Below are positions 13,265 to 25,454 of a DNA stretch of 64,000 bases, piece after piece. The DNA comes from Stylophora pistillata (Eukaryota): contig NW_019218332.1 in assembly GCF_002571385.2 (NCBI RefSeq), forward strand, positions 22,129 through 86,128. The letters are read 5' to 3'. The notes under the pieces were generated by a model. That model searched no databases and was not told the DNA's origin. It was given only the letters and a program-made list of their open reading frames with translations. The position numbers and the translations under genes were made by a program. Each line of letters begins with the position of its first letter. The stretch's first letter is position 1.

Positions 13265-16200
13265 CTAGTTATCTGTTCTTGACACATGGAACAGAGTAAC
13301 ATCGCGATGGCTCAAAGACTGAATTTCTCCCTGGATGGTCGAGGCATTAATCCCTGAATTCGTCCTCGAGGTTTCATTGCCTCTTCCCATTGCATGAACT
13401 CTGTTACTGTCAGTACCACTACCATAGCAACACAACAGAGCTTTGATATGTCTCCTGAAACGACTGTTCACATAGGCGTAAATGAAGGGATTAACGGTCG
13501 AGTTGCACACGACCAAAACAATGGATATGACGTCAGCTGCGTCACCAAGATTGTGCTTGGAGCCGAAGTGTATCATGGCGTAGATGACGAGGTCTGGAGT
13601 CCAACAGAGTCCGTAAATGATACTAACTGCAACAACCATTTTTGTGACGCGCTTTCGCACTCTCATGACACCCTAACGCGTAAAATTGGCAAAAGATATT
13701 TTCAGTTAAAAGATGCTTTGATTTTGATAATAGTGTCCAGTGTCAATTTGAAGAGTTTCTGCGGAAGCTAATTCGCTAAAGCCGGTCCTCCTCAGTTACC
13801 CTCCCCCCTCCTCCCAGGAAACTTAGGAATTTATAACGGTTTCATGACGATGTATACCACCACCTCTATAGGCGCCAGATCTCCTCTCCATCGTGAAATT
13901 TGTTTTCGGGTTTACTCTCGAGACTTCTTAAAAATCGGTGGCAATTTCAAGCTATTGTTAACTATTACAGACAAATAGTTTATGTAAACAGCTTTAAACT
14001 GAAGCATGTTTAGAGTTAGTGTTCCACTAATTTCGCTGAGTAATCAGTTGTTCTTGAGTTCCCCCATCAAATAAGCACCGCCATTTAAATCATATTATAT
14101 TTCATCCTGGTCTACTGAATCTAATACGCCGGCAAAAACAAAAAAAGAAAACATTTTGCTTAAAAATTTTCTCACACACTCTAGCTCTCAGGGAAGAGCT
14201 TGAAATTTGGCAGGCATACGATATCAATTCGATACGTTGTATTTTAGTTACCTGTTGAGTTCCATTAACACGCTCTTCGTTTTTGATCCACAGAGCGTAG
14301 ACAACTCTAGAGTACAGGCCAGTCATTACCAACATCGGCAGAACTCCAAGTAGAACAAACCAAGCTACACTAAAAGCCTTGGGCATCCATTTCTTAGGCC
14401 AGTATTCCATACAAAATTCGTTTTCTTTATCGAAGTAGGACGTCAAAAAGAGAGGCGTGTTTAAAATCAGTGCAGAAATCCAAAGAACAGGAATGATGAT
14501 CTGTAGAAAGATTTCCAAACCAAGCTTTAATAAAAGTTTTATAGTGGCAGATCCGGTGACTTGAGAACTTTTTACTACTTGTCTGAAGCCAAAACTCTTG
14601 CAACAAGATGGCTTGCTACTGCTTGGTAAGAGTTATCTAAAACGTACTCATCTTGAAATATTTCTCAGCTTAATTAGGCTCTGCCGTCAAATAAGAAAAT
14701 GCTTTTTTCAGAAACAAACCTTGGATCTCCACCTTCCTTTAAAATATTTCTGGATCTGTTCCTGTTTTTCAGGACAAGAGAGCCACAAATGGAGAATATC
14801 AGATTTCTTTTTTCGGCGTGAGAAACGTCGCACTGTGAATGATTGACTCTGGCCCACTAATCAAACAAACAATAGATGAAACAGAGTCCCGTAACATCAG
14901 TGATTCCGTGAAAAGTTCTTTATCCGGTGAAATTTAGTCGTAAACGTAGTTGCAAGATAAAAATAACAAAATCGATGGCATTAGTGCAGAAAGAAGGGCG
15001 ACAAATTTAACAATTGAAGGATTTATAAACCTTGGTACCTGCGTCGTACGTTACGTCATTAGCTGAGAAAGTGATAGAGAAGATTTAGATTCTTTTCATG
15101 TTTGTCATAAGCTTTCTTGGGTAGCTCTTTTGTTATGTTTATTTGAGTACTTGGTACAAAGACGGTAAATGGATTTTGATTTGCCTTTTCACTTTGTACA
15201 GAAAATGAATTTTTTCGTTTAGGTGCTAACCTGCATTGAAGTGAACTACAATCTCAATTTAGGGGTATCTTAAAAAAGCAACAGCAAACTCACTTTAAGT
15301 TTTCTATGCGTCAGTTTCCCTGTATTATTGTAAGGGTGCATTACAGCGAAGTAACGCTCAAATGCGATAACGACCAGACTAAAAGCAGATGCAGTCGCTC
15401 CTGTCCACATGAAGTTTCCACCGGTCAAGAATTTACACAGGAATCTTCCTAAAATCCCGTCAGGATGCTGAAAAGTGTGGATCAGAACGAACTGTGGTGC
15501 TATAAACAGCGCTACCAGGATATCAGCAAAAGCCAAATTGACCAGCAAATAGTTCATTGGTGTTCTAGAAATAAACGTGAGTTTTTTCAAGTTCCTCTCC
15601 GTCTCTTAAGTTCACATGTCTCAAATTTATATTTACAAATCACAAAATAAAGCAACGGAACACAACATATCTTTCATCTTTTCAAACGAGAAACTACATC
15701 ACAGTTGGTTTTAACTGCTTAGAACTAATGCTCCTTTCACAGGAAATACTGATATATATTCGTTCCTTAAGAGGTGATTGATAAACTTATAGATAAAAAA
15801 GATAAACGTTTATTGGATATCACCGCTTTCCCCAACGGCAAGTCCCTACTTCGAAACTTGATAGACATAAAGAAATGAAACAAAAATGCTGAGAAGACGA
15901 CCTTTTTACGTTTAACTCAAAGTAAATATATCTTTAACGTAAGACATAGATGTTATTGTTTGAAGTGTTTTTTCTTTCTTGCTCGTTGCTACGGTTTTCT
16001 GAAACACATGTAACTGGATCTACCAAAGGTAATGAAACACAGTTTGGTCTCTAGAAAATTCGATTGATTGCAGAAAACGTATCTCAAAGAAAATTGCTGT
16101 AAGTTCAAAGGAGAGAGAAAATCGACTACTTCTTCTTATTATTGACTCACCTCATGTCTTGGTTTTTAATTATAACAACGCAAACCAGAGTGTTCCCCAC

Positions 16201-16269
16201 GATATCTGTGATTACCAGCAAAGAAAACACCGCAGCGATCGCAGTCTGGGCTGAATCGGTCAACATCAT
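13265..16269 (-). CDS. Class A GPCR, neuropeptide-receptor-like, paralogue 3, 348 aa
   Basis: Exons 16269-16151, 15564-15294, 14500-14252 and 13672-13265, GT-AG. Motifs: LAFAD, AFERY, FCMEYW, CWTP, NSTVNPFIY. Confidence 0.93.
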
Positions 16270-17497
16270 GGATTTACCTTCTCTTTTCGACCGCAATTTT
16301 CACCGAAAAGTCAATTCTCAAAGGGCATGAAATTCATGCTCCTGAAAAAATTTGTAATTTCAATTCGTAATTTCCTTTCTTTAATTTGTTAGAACAAACC
16401 TCTTTAAATACTTGATTGTTGACAGACGTCGAAAATATACCACAAACTTAAATGTGATTTTGAATTGCACCTTACCGGCCGTAGAGTCCAAGTAGGTCCT
16501 TACTCAGGAATTAGGAGTTCAATGCACATATAAAAACGTCCTTTATCTCGGAAGATCGGGAGAAATTGATTTATTAGCTACGCAATTCAACAAGCGTCAA
16601 TGCTTCATTTGTCAGAGTAAAACCTTTTTACAATAAACACTACAGACAATTTATTATCTCAGTATACACAATGGCTGGTGTCATACAGGCTAAATCTCCA
16701 AACCAATCAGAGGTGCGTTGAAATATACCTACCTTTTATACCGACCGGACTGTACTTAACATAATTTTTAATGGAAAAACTCTTTGTTTCCAAGAAAATG
16801 CAGTATTGGCGGTTTTATTGACTCAGAATTCAATATTCAGAATTTCAAATACCAGAACGACATCTCTGGATTTTTAAACTACAAAATAGAGCATAGTTGG
16901 TATTTCAAATCTTCACTGAATGGTCTAACAATTTTTTCGAATATTGATACGACAAAGATACGGCGTCAGCTGTTGTGTTTAGTAGATAACAGCTCAAAAA
17001 GGCCAGAGGAATTATCCAAAAGAAAAATTAAAAAAATAATTTGAATTTCAGCCATAAATAATAATGTAATTGCCCTGTACATTTCTTATAACCCTTGAAA
17101 CCTACTCCAAGCTAACTTTTATCAAATGAATATAGGAGCGAGAGTTAACAACAGGAACTAACTGCATTTTTTCATGAACTCGCGGAATAACTTGTCACTG
17201 TGATAAAGGATATTTATCGCAACTTGAACGGTTATTCCTGAGTATCAATCTCGGAAAACGAATTACGCGAAAAGGTCATCCTTGAACGGAATCTACGTTT
17301 CATGTACGTTAGCTATGTATTTATTCAATTGAAACCAATTCACTCTCGGGTCGATCAATAATCTCTCAAGAATATTATTTTCCACCACCATCAAAAAAAA
17401 TGTATATAATGTCATTATCATAATATCATTTCTTTGCTTCCATTGTTCTTCACGTCAAATAAAACAGACACCAAGTATGGCGCCTATATAACAAATT

Positions 17498-18530
17498 TTA
17501 AGTGTCTTTATGTGATGAGATGTTTGCGCAAAGAGGGATATCAACAAACAGATGTAGATTACGTTCTTAGATCAATTGTTTTACCTAAACTAACATATGG
17601 TTTACCCAAAACCCCTCCTCAATACCTGAATTAACAACAGTCCATAATTTTCTACAGCGCTGCTTTAAACGCAGACATATTTCGTACCAAATTAATATCA
17701 TGATTTAACAATTACTCCCCTCAGGTTCGGTGAATAATTGTTTTAGTATAATTTCAGAGCTGAGCAACAGAGAAGTTTCTAAAATCATAACATTTTAGTA
17801 ACATTTTTTAACATTTTATTTTAACATTTTTTAGTATAATTTCAGAGGAGCTAAGCAAAGAGTTTCCAGCATTCTGATCGGTCGAGCGGTTCCTTATATG
17901 ACGCTATATAAACCGCTCCACGCGGTTTATATAAATGTTTAAATAAAGTGTTAATAAATGTTACTAGAATGTTAGGATTTTAGAAATTTCTCTGCTGCTC
18001 AGCTCTGAAATTATACTAAAACAATTATTCGCCTCAGGTTCGGTGAATATTGTCGAATAATCCCCTCGACTTCGTCTCGGGGATTATTCGAAGATATTCA
18101 CCTCGCCTTCGGCGAATAATCGTTAAATCAAAACCGCGTGGAGCGATTTATATAGCGTCATATAAGGAACCGCTCGACCAATCAGATTGCTGGAAACTCT
18201 TTGCTCAGCTCTGAAATTATACTAAAGTGTATTGGAAGAAGTTGATCGCACACTATTCAAGAAGATCTCCAGTATGCCCGGTCACCCTCTGTACCCTTCT
18301 GTCCCTAACACGAAAGAAAGCTCAGCGCGCCTCCGAGTTCCTGGTAGTCAACTCCCAAGGGTTAATACCCAGCGTTTTAAAAATAGCTTTTTTAATAGGC
18401 TCTTTCAAATATAGAGTAGCTATCTAATGTAATGTCTTATATTATGTAATGTTGATAGACTTGTGATTATTTTTATGTAAATTTTCTTGTTTTAGCATGT
18501 ATTTTTGCTTGATAAAGACCTATTATTATT
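17498..18530 (+). mobile_element. 5'-truncated LINE (CR1/L2-group-like) 3' fragment split by a nested insertion
   Basis: KCLYVMRCLRKEGY...SIVLPKLTYGLP...FLQRCFKRR (17498-17700) resumes at 18227 with EEVDRTLFKKI...HPLY...PRVNTQRFKNSFFNR, then a 3'UTR ending in (TAT)n. The empty site is at about 33265 in the duplicated unit. Confidence 0.75.
17703..18226. mobile_element. Hairpin-bearing non-autonomous DNA element with interleaved inverted repeats, nested in LINE
   Basis: Palindrome at 18022-18126. 17735-17810 is inverted relative to 17950-18030, and 17830-17928 is inverted relative to 18131-18226. Confidence 0.7.
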
Positions 18531-18534
18531 AAGA

Positions 18535-18650
18535 ATATATCAACAAAGTTGAAATGGTAAATTGGCCACCGTTACGGTTATATTCAAATTATTTCGCTAC
18601 CCCCACCGACGCAGCGCCAAACAGTTTCTTTAGAAACTATCAGCCCTTAA
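18535..18650. mobile_element. Penelope-like terminal repeat fragment with internal inversion
   Basis: Two halves match 42230-42330 in opposite orientations. Flanked by the direct repeat tattattaaga. Confidence 0.55.
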
Positions 18651-19364
18651 TATTATTAAGACCTATTAAAGTGACAACTGATTGAATGAAACGGAGAATT
18701 CCAATTCCGTTCACGTCCTTGTCCAAAGGAGAGTTAGGCAGGCTTTTAAATGTTCACAGGATGCCAGTTGGGGCTAGTTCTACTCGAAAAGTTAAACAAT
18801 ATGGTTTACACAAGATAACTTTTCACCTGGTTGTCGACATGTTATGGATGCGAAGATGAATACAACAAGTAACTATGAGTGTGGCTGACCCCGAACGTTG
18901 CACTTGCATCCGAACGAGTTTCGACGATAAAAATACTACCGTTGTTATTCGCAAGATCAGCACTTTAATCTTCAGATAACAACTTAAGTTCCCCTTTAAA
19001 AATGTAAATTGCCAGAGGGTTAAATTGATGGAAAACTACGCATCACACTTGTGATAAGACAAAAACATGGCCACCCTCGTGGTTGAGAGGTCACCTGGCA
19101 AATTAGTGACAACTGCTGACCCTACTAATCGCTTACTACAGTACCGCTGTAGTAACAATGAGAGTCTGAGTTTATAGTCAAAATAACTTCGGCCTGTTAA
19201 TTAAGTGCTGCCCTCGCATTAGTATCGCTTCCACAAGTCAAGAAATTAATACGCGCTGCCGAGTTCTGTGGCAAACAATGATAGCCAAATGAAAACATGG
19301 ACCCTTCAGAAAGTACACTTTGGGAGCAATTCAAGAAAAGAGCTGCAAAAAAGAATTAAAACAC

Positions 19365-19588
19365 AACCAAAGGAAAGCGCGCACCCTGATTGCTCAATTC
19401 AGCGTCCGCTAGTTTCCCATGGGTGTGCGCTGCTGACGTGAGCAAAAGCAAACACTAGTTTTCCGTGTGCGCTTGTTTTTTCTGGTCACGTAATATTTGT
19501 TAAATTATAGAAAACTCTTTCGCTACAATGTATGAATATTATGTTATAAAACAAATATTGTATGCTGTGGTGTTTACCATTTGGTAAA
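19365..19588. mobile_element. Copy of the 46866 element lacking most of the hairpin
   Basis: Collinear with 46870-47070, then jumps to the distal arm tgtatgctgtggtgtttaccatttg. Confidence 0.7.
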
Positions 19589-19789
19589 TATTACTATGGC
19601 AGAAATCGCACCTGAGAATTAATATTTTGGTCCTCAATTAATAAAAACACTCAAAATACTTTCAAAGAAGCGTAGGTGTATCAAAAAATTACTTTTCCCT
19701 CGAAGAAAGGATATATTTTAATGAAGCACAGCGTTGTCAAAACTTTTGTGAAGGCGTGACTGGCATCCAACACACCTTTTTATAGTAGT

Positions 19790-20332
19790 ACACACTGACT
19801 ATTGCATTGACTGTTGCCTTCAATTCAGACTTTGATATCTAAAAAAAGCCAAAGAAGAAGAAGCAATGGAGTTCTTGACATGTGATGGTGCGAAGATGTA
19901 TACAGCAAGTAACTATGTGAGTCTGAAGGTTTGTGGTACACACTGAGTAGCCCATAGACGGTTGCCTTCAATTAAAACTTTGATGTCTAAAAAAAAAGCA
20001 AAGAGGTTTGTCTTCGCCAAGGAAATTAAAATCGCGTAAACTTTTAAGTGCGTTTTGGCTGTCTTTAATGTATGGTGGTGAAGTTTGTCGAAATAGCTGG
20101 AAATAAGTTCGGTAAGACAACTACAAGCTAAGACAATAGGTCGACCTCGGTTGTTAGGTTAGTGGACTCTAGATAAAATTTAAATACGCGTTCTAGCAGT
20201 GATGATATCTTTAATGTATGGTGATGAAGTTTGTCGAAATAGCTGGAAATAAGTTCGGTAAGACAACTACAAGCTAAGACAATGGGTCGACCTCAGTTGT
20301 TAGGTTAGTGGACTCTAGATAAAATTTAAATA
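19790..20332 (-). mobile_element. Penelope-like RT fragment, internally deleted paralogue of 33885-34760
   Basis: Shares sequence with 33960-34170 and 34600-34760. It lacks the central RT core and has an internal ~145-bp duplication (20063 vs 20208). Confidence 0.7.
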
Positions 20333-20377
20333 CATTTTTGTCGCCCTATTTTTATTCAAAACTCAAGTTATTAGTAG

Positions 20378-20797
20378 AGTAGAGTAGACATCTATATTTA
20401 TACAGTAGAGTAGACATCTATATTTATACAGTAGAGTAGACGTCTATATTTATATAGTAGAGTAGACATCTATATTTATACAGGATAGGCCCTTCAGTGT
20501 AGTAAACACTGGTATCAACGGGTATCCTGTTACCCTCCCGTCCCACCCCAGGGACGGACATCCATCACACAGAAATCTCGTGCGTGGGAAATTAACGTCT
20601 CCTCCCACTAACCCTGCAGGAGACGGGACCTCCATTTATTCATCCCTATCCGAGAAGACTAGAATATCTAACCATTTCTTGATGTTATGGAAAGGTAGCA
20701 TATTCTTCTCAATTATTTCAAGACCCTGAGTGTTGGTCCGGCCGGGGCTCGAACCCTCGACCTCCAGCGCTCTATCTATTGAGCTAACCGGGAGGCG
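20378..20797 (-). mobile_element. tRNA-derived SINE with 26-bp tandem-repeat tail
   Basis: Reverse strand head has an A box (TAGCTCAATAG) and B box (GGTTCGAGCCC), then GGACCAACACTCAGGGTCTT and a body. The tail is 4 x AGTAGAGTAGACATCTATATTTATAC (plus-strand 20378-20481). Confidence 0.78.
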
Positions 20798-21475
20798 AGT
20801 TTTAACTCAAGTTTTAACTCAAAAAAACTATTTCGCAATGACTTTTTAGAAAATGGCGTCATTAACGTATTTTATTTACTGCATGCCAAGTCCTCACAAG
20901 GCCTGCGTTTTCGATCGGTCTTTGTTCTTCGGACGAGGAAAAAGGAATGGGGTATCGGGGTGGTTAACTGTCCAACCGGAAACAAACTGATTTAAATTTA
21001 CCCAAAATCCATACACTTTTCCGTGTAACTTACATAAAAATAGAACAGTAAAAGAGATTGTTGAGGCGAATTCTTCAGCGTTTTCTTAATTCCTGATAGA
21101 TTTTCGAGCATGTTCATGGGGGTTCGATTCTTCCTCAGGCCGGATCCTCGGGTAACTTCGGAGTATATGCACAACTCGTACACCACTCGGAAAATCTTCG
21201 GAGTTGTTTTAAATTAAAACAGGCCTTGAAAAATTCAGGGATCTTCGGGTAACTTCGAAAACCCTCAGATAATCTTTGGTTAATCTTCGGAGTATATTCG
21301 GAGCTCGTACGCTCTTCGGAAAGGTAAGCTGAAAAACCTGTAAGGTCTGTTGAGGAGAACTGAGGGAGGCCTGTCTCTAACGCAAGAGCTTATCGCTTTC
21401 ATTAAGCGGTGCTTTCCCGGAATTGAAATTGAATAAATGGCTGACTGACTTAGGCATTGAATAAAGGCTGAAAGT

Positions 21476-21476
21476 C

Positions 21477-21507
<31 letters not shown>

Positions 21508-21620
21508 GATAACAAGGTAATTTGGTTATATCAACTAAGTTTAAATTGTAAATTGGCCACCATAACGAATAAAAAGGCTGATGTTTCGAGCGTTAGCCCT
21601 TCGCCATTCGCTCTGACGTA
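21476..21620 (-). mobile_element. Penelope-like terminal repeat fragment with degenerate minimal hammerhead motif
   Basis: Reverse strand reads GAAGGGCTAACGCTCGAAACATCAGC...CCCCACCGACGCAGCACCACAGTTTCTTTAGAGACT. The same family occurs at 18535-18650 and 42230-42368. Confidence 0.65.
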
Positions 21621-22473
21621 GTTGTTAGACAGTGCTCATACTAAAACTACAATTGCTTTTGGGCTGGGTTTTAACAATTGATACCTATCTATTTCAATGT
21701 GAATAAATTTTGTCATACCCTGTTTGTTACGCTGGCAATGAATTTACATTATATATCCTTACAAATTACCTCGTTCTCTGACTGACATAACGCTCGAGTC
21801 TGACCGGTTCGCAATACTGACTGTTTTCGTGTTTTCGTGCCATGCAAAATATACCTAACGCCATACAAACCGACTTGAGAATAGGACTGTCCGCATTATG
21901 GCAACACAAAAATAGTCTAATAAACAATATAAATCACACCACAGTCGAGGGGTCTTTAGCCGTTAGTTAACTTACGTGACTTTTGTTGTTTTGTAGCATT
22001 AGCGAGGCGGCTGGTATTTCACATGAAAATCTATGGTTTTGCGTAGTTTGAACCACAAAAGTCAAACAATGTTTATTTTATTTCATTCTTTTCTTATTGT
22101 TTGTTTGACTACTCATTTATTTTCTGCACTGTAATTCCAGTATAATGCTTCATCATTTTGCTCACTTTTATGCTCAAAATTATTCCAGCATAATGTGGAC
22201 GACGCTACCTAAGGGTTTGGATGTCAATACAAACTACGACTCTAATTGAACTGCAAAAAGGAACCATTAATTATTCTTAAGATGACCACGAGACGTATCA
22301 GTGAGCCAAATGCAATTACAAGTACTTTAATTAAGCAATTACATTCGTTTCTTCTAATCACCATAAACTTGCAAGCTGGCCCATATCAGCCTTGCAACAC
22401 GAACGGCGAATCTTGCGAGATTCGAGACGGCGAACAAGGCGAGCCTGCGAGAGGTCTGCGGGCTGAGCTCAAT

Positions 22474-25454
22474 CTAACTCCAAATTGCTTCAGTATCTCG
22501 GTCCCTCCTTGTTTGTTGGCAGAATGCAACTTGTTGTTCCAATTTTTGTCCCTCCTTTTGCATGCCACCTGCAGTGGATACTGGACTTCTCGTTCGCGGT
22601 TTGGTAGATACCATAGTAAGTTGTATGACAGTGTCATTGGGATCATTGGTATTACTGGTTGACTCACTCAACTCCCCAATTAGGTTTCTGCAGGTCTTTC
22701 CGCAGCATAGCAGACTTTTGACTTTACTTTGAAATTTCTGATTAACGAAGACGTAAATAAAAGGATTCACAGTAGAATTGAATGTGACCAGAACGATACT
22801 TGTGATGTAAGTAACATCTCCATAGTTCTGCGAAGGACTGAAGTAGTTCAAGGCGTAAATGATCAGGTTTGGTAACCAGCATAAACCATAAATTACACTC
22901 ACGACCAGTACCATTTTGGTGACACGTTTTCTCACCCTTATCACGCCCTGAAATATACAGAAAATAAATACGTTTTACCTTCTCATCTACATCACGTGTA
23001 AAGAGCATCGATATCAGATAACTCGTGTCATGTAAATATCGCAGGCTTAAATTTTTCAGAAGGGCATTAGACTATGTTTTTCGCAATCAAACGACAGCAG
23101 TTCAAAATGATTGGAACTGCTATAATTTCTGAGCGTAATTTTCTGTTCAAGGAATTACAAGAAGCCTCATATTTTCGACTGGTCTGACTTTCGAAGTCGT
23201 TTAGAACTCAAGGGGCACTACAAGGTGGATCTTTCGAGTGAGTCCTTCGTGAACTAACACTTAATTGTAACTCGCCTGTGGGCTTCTTTTTTTCTTACTT
23301 TCTTTTCTTGAATTCTATCTTGAGTGGGTACCTATCTTAAAATCCACAAGAATTATTGAACCCAGAAAGGGTAGAACCAAACTAATCCCAAACTATGTAT
23401 CCTTCACGCCGTGTCATTATTTGCCTTTGACGTCAGTGGTAAACTGTAATGAAAACAAATCCTGAATCATTTTTGGGTTGGAATTGGCTTCGATACGCAA
23501 CAAAAACTGACAAATGCAGAAAGAGATGTACCTTTCAAACGCATCGTCATATGCTGGAAATTCATAGTTAATGGGTTAGATTATCATTTAGTCGAGAGAG
23601 TGTGGAATTAATACCTGCCGAGTGTTTTGTGTCATGTTTTTTACAGTACCATCCTCTTTTTTAAACCAGAGCGCATATACTACTTTGGAATACAATACAG
23701 TCATCAGCACTATTGGGATAAGTCCAGCAACAAAGAACCAAATGGAGCTATATGCCTTGGGAAGCCAGTCATGTGGGTGCCAGTATTCCATGCAGAAGTT
23801 TTTTTTTTTGTCAAAATGTATTGTCAGAAATAGAGGAATGTTGAGAAGAATTGCACCGATCCATGATAACGGTATGACGATCTGTTGATAAAAAACGAAT
23901 TATGAGATAACTATATAAACAGTTTAGTCAAAAATGTAAAACGTCGGAAGCGAAAAATGCCAGAAAAATGAACGCAATCAATTAAACCACAACCCTTTCT
24001 TGATGTTGACTTATGAAAATAATTAATAATGGTAATTGAACTAAGTGCAATTTGGTCTGAGACTATACGCGTGAGTATGCGCACGAGTATGTATTTCTAC
24101 CTTTAGTTTATTGTACGTAAGTTTCCCTTTGTTTCCATAAGGATACGTCACGGCGTAATATCGTTCAAACGCAATTACCACAAGTGTAAAGACTGATGCA
24201 GCACCGCCAGTCCAAGTAAGGTTTCCCCCAGTCAGAAGCTTGCAGACCCATGTTCCTGCTTGTCCATCTGGATGTTCGAAGGTGTGAATCAAAATAAAGC
24301 GCGGCGCGATGAACCAGGCCACCATGGCATCTGCCACCGCCAAGTTTAGAAGTAGGAAGTTCGTGGGGGTTCTGAAAAATCATTAATAATAATATCATTA
24401 CCGGTAAATTGTTCAACATCATTCTCCTACACTTTATACTGACCACAGTTGACATGACTTCAGACAGTAAGTCTGTTTAACACTCCAAATACACCATCAC
24501 TAACCTATTACGGTCAAATATGGCACTAATATGCTACATTGCAGTGAATATGTACTTCTCCATTGTCTCTTCCGTAATATTTGGTTAATATTAACGTCAC
24601 TCACCCATATTTCCATCAAAACTACAATCTAACGTATTATGTTTACTACAAACTGGACTTCAATATCAATCAAAAGAATCCGAATAGCTAACATAATAAT
24701 GACCAATCACGTAACATGATAAAATTCAAAATTTTCTTGTTTGTGGTTTTTTTTGGAAATGATTAACCAGCTATGGTCTACTTCTTGAATGGAAACCTTA
24801 CCAATATAGGAACAGTGACTCGAGTGTAATTTTTGGAGAAGTATCACTTAAATCATGAAACTCGTGAATATCACATAAACGTTGCAATGAAAATATCTAG
24901 TTGGATGAATTTGAAAGTATTGCTGGTAGGCTATTTTAGGTGAGCTGGTTTGGGAAAGTTACTGGGAACAAAAGGCGAAAGCAGTAAAACGCTGCTAACT
25001 CCAGACCTCCCCCCCCCCCCCCGTAATCGAACAAGATCCGGTCTCCTTGACCCCCTTTTCAGTCATTTTCTATCAGCTAACTCGAACCCATTTTAACTCG
25101 AGCCATCTTCTGCTTCGGCTTTGAAAGTTCATCGAGTTCAAGCTACCAGGGTTTTACTGAAGCAATCTACTCATCTTAAAATAGGTATTAGTTGTGAGCA
25201 ATATTGTAAAATAACTCATGTAAGTGTTACAACAGCCATTGGTTGTTTAAGTTACATTTTGTGAAAAGAGATAAACCGACTATGAGTGAAAGCATTCGAA
25301 GTCACAGTGTAGTCTTGGCGAAATACCTCATATCCCGGTACAAAATAATAACCAGAGCCACGATTGTGTTACCAATGAGATTCGTGCTGACCAGAATGGA
25401 TAGTATGGTAGTGATCCCAATCTGTGCTGAATCTGAATCCGTGTACAGCGGCAT
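22474..25454 (-). CDS. Class A GPCR, neuropeptide-receptor-like, paralogue 4, 379 aa
   Basis: Exons 25454-25327 (MPLYTDSDSAQIGITT...), 24371-24101, 23881-23615 and 22947-22474, GT-AG. Motifs: LAVAD, AFERYY, CWLP, NSTVNPFIY. Confidence 0.92.

Noticed and set aside
20730-20797. tRNA gene
   Set aside because: A and B boxes are present but the anticodon arm is missing and the sequence continues into a SINE body.
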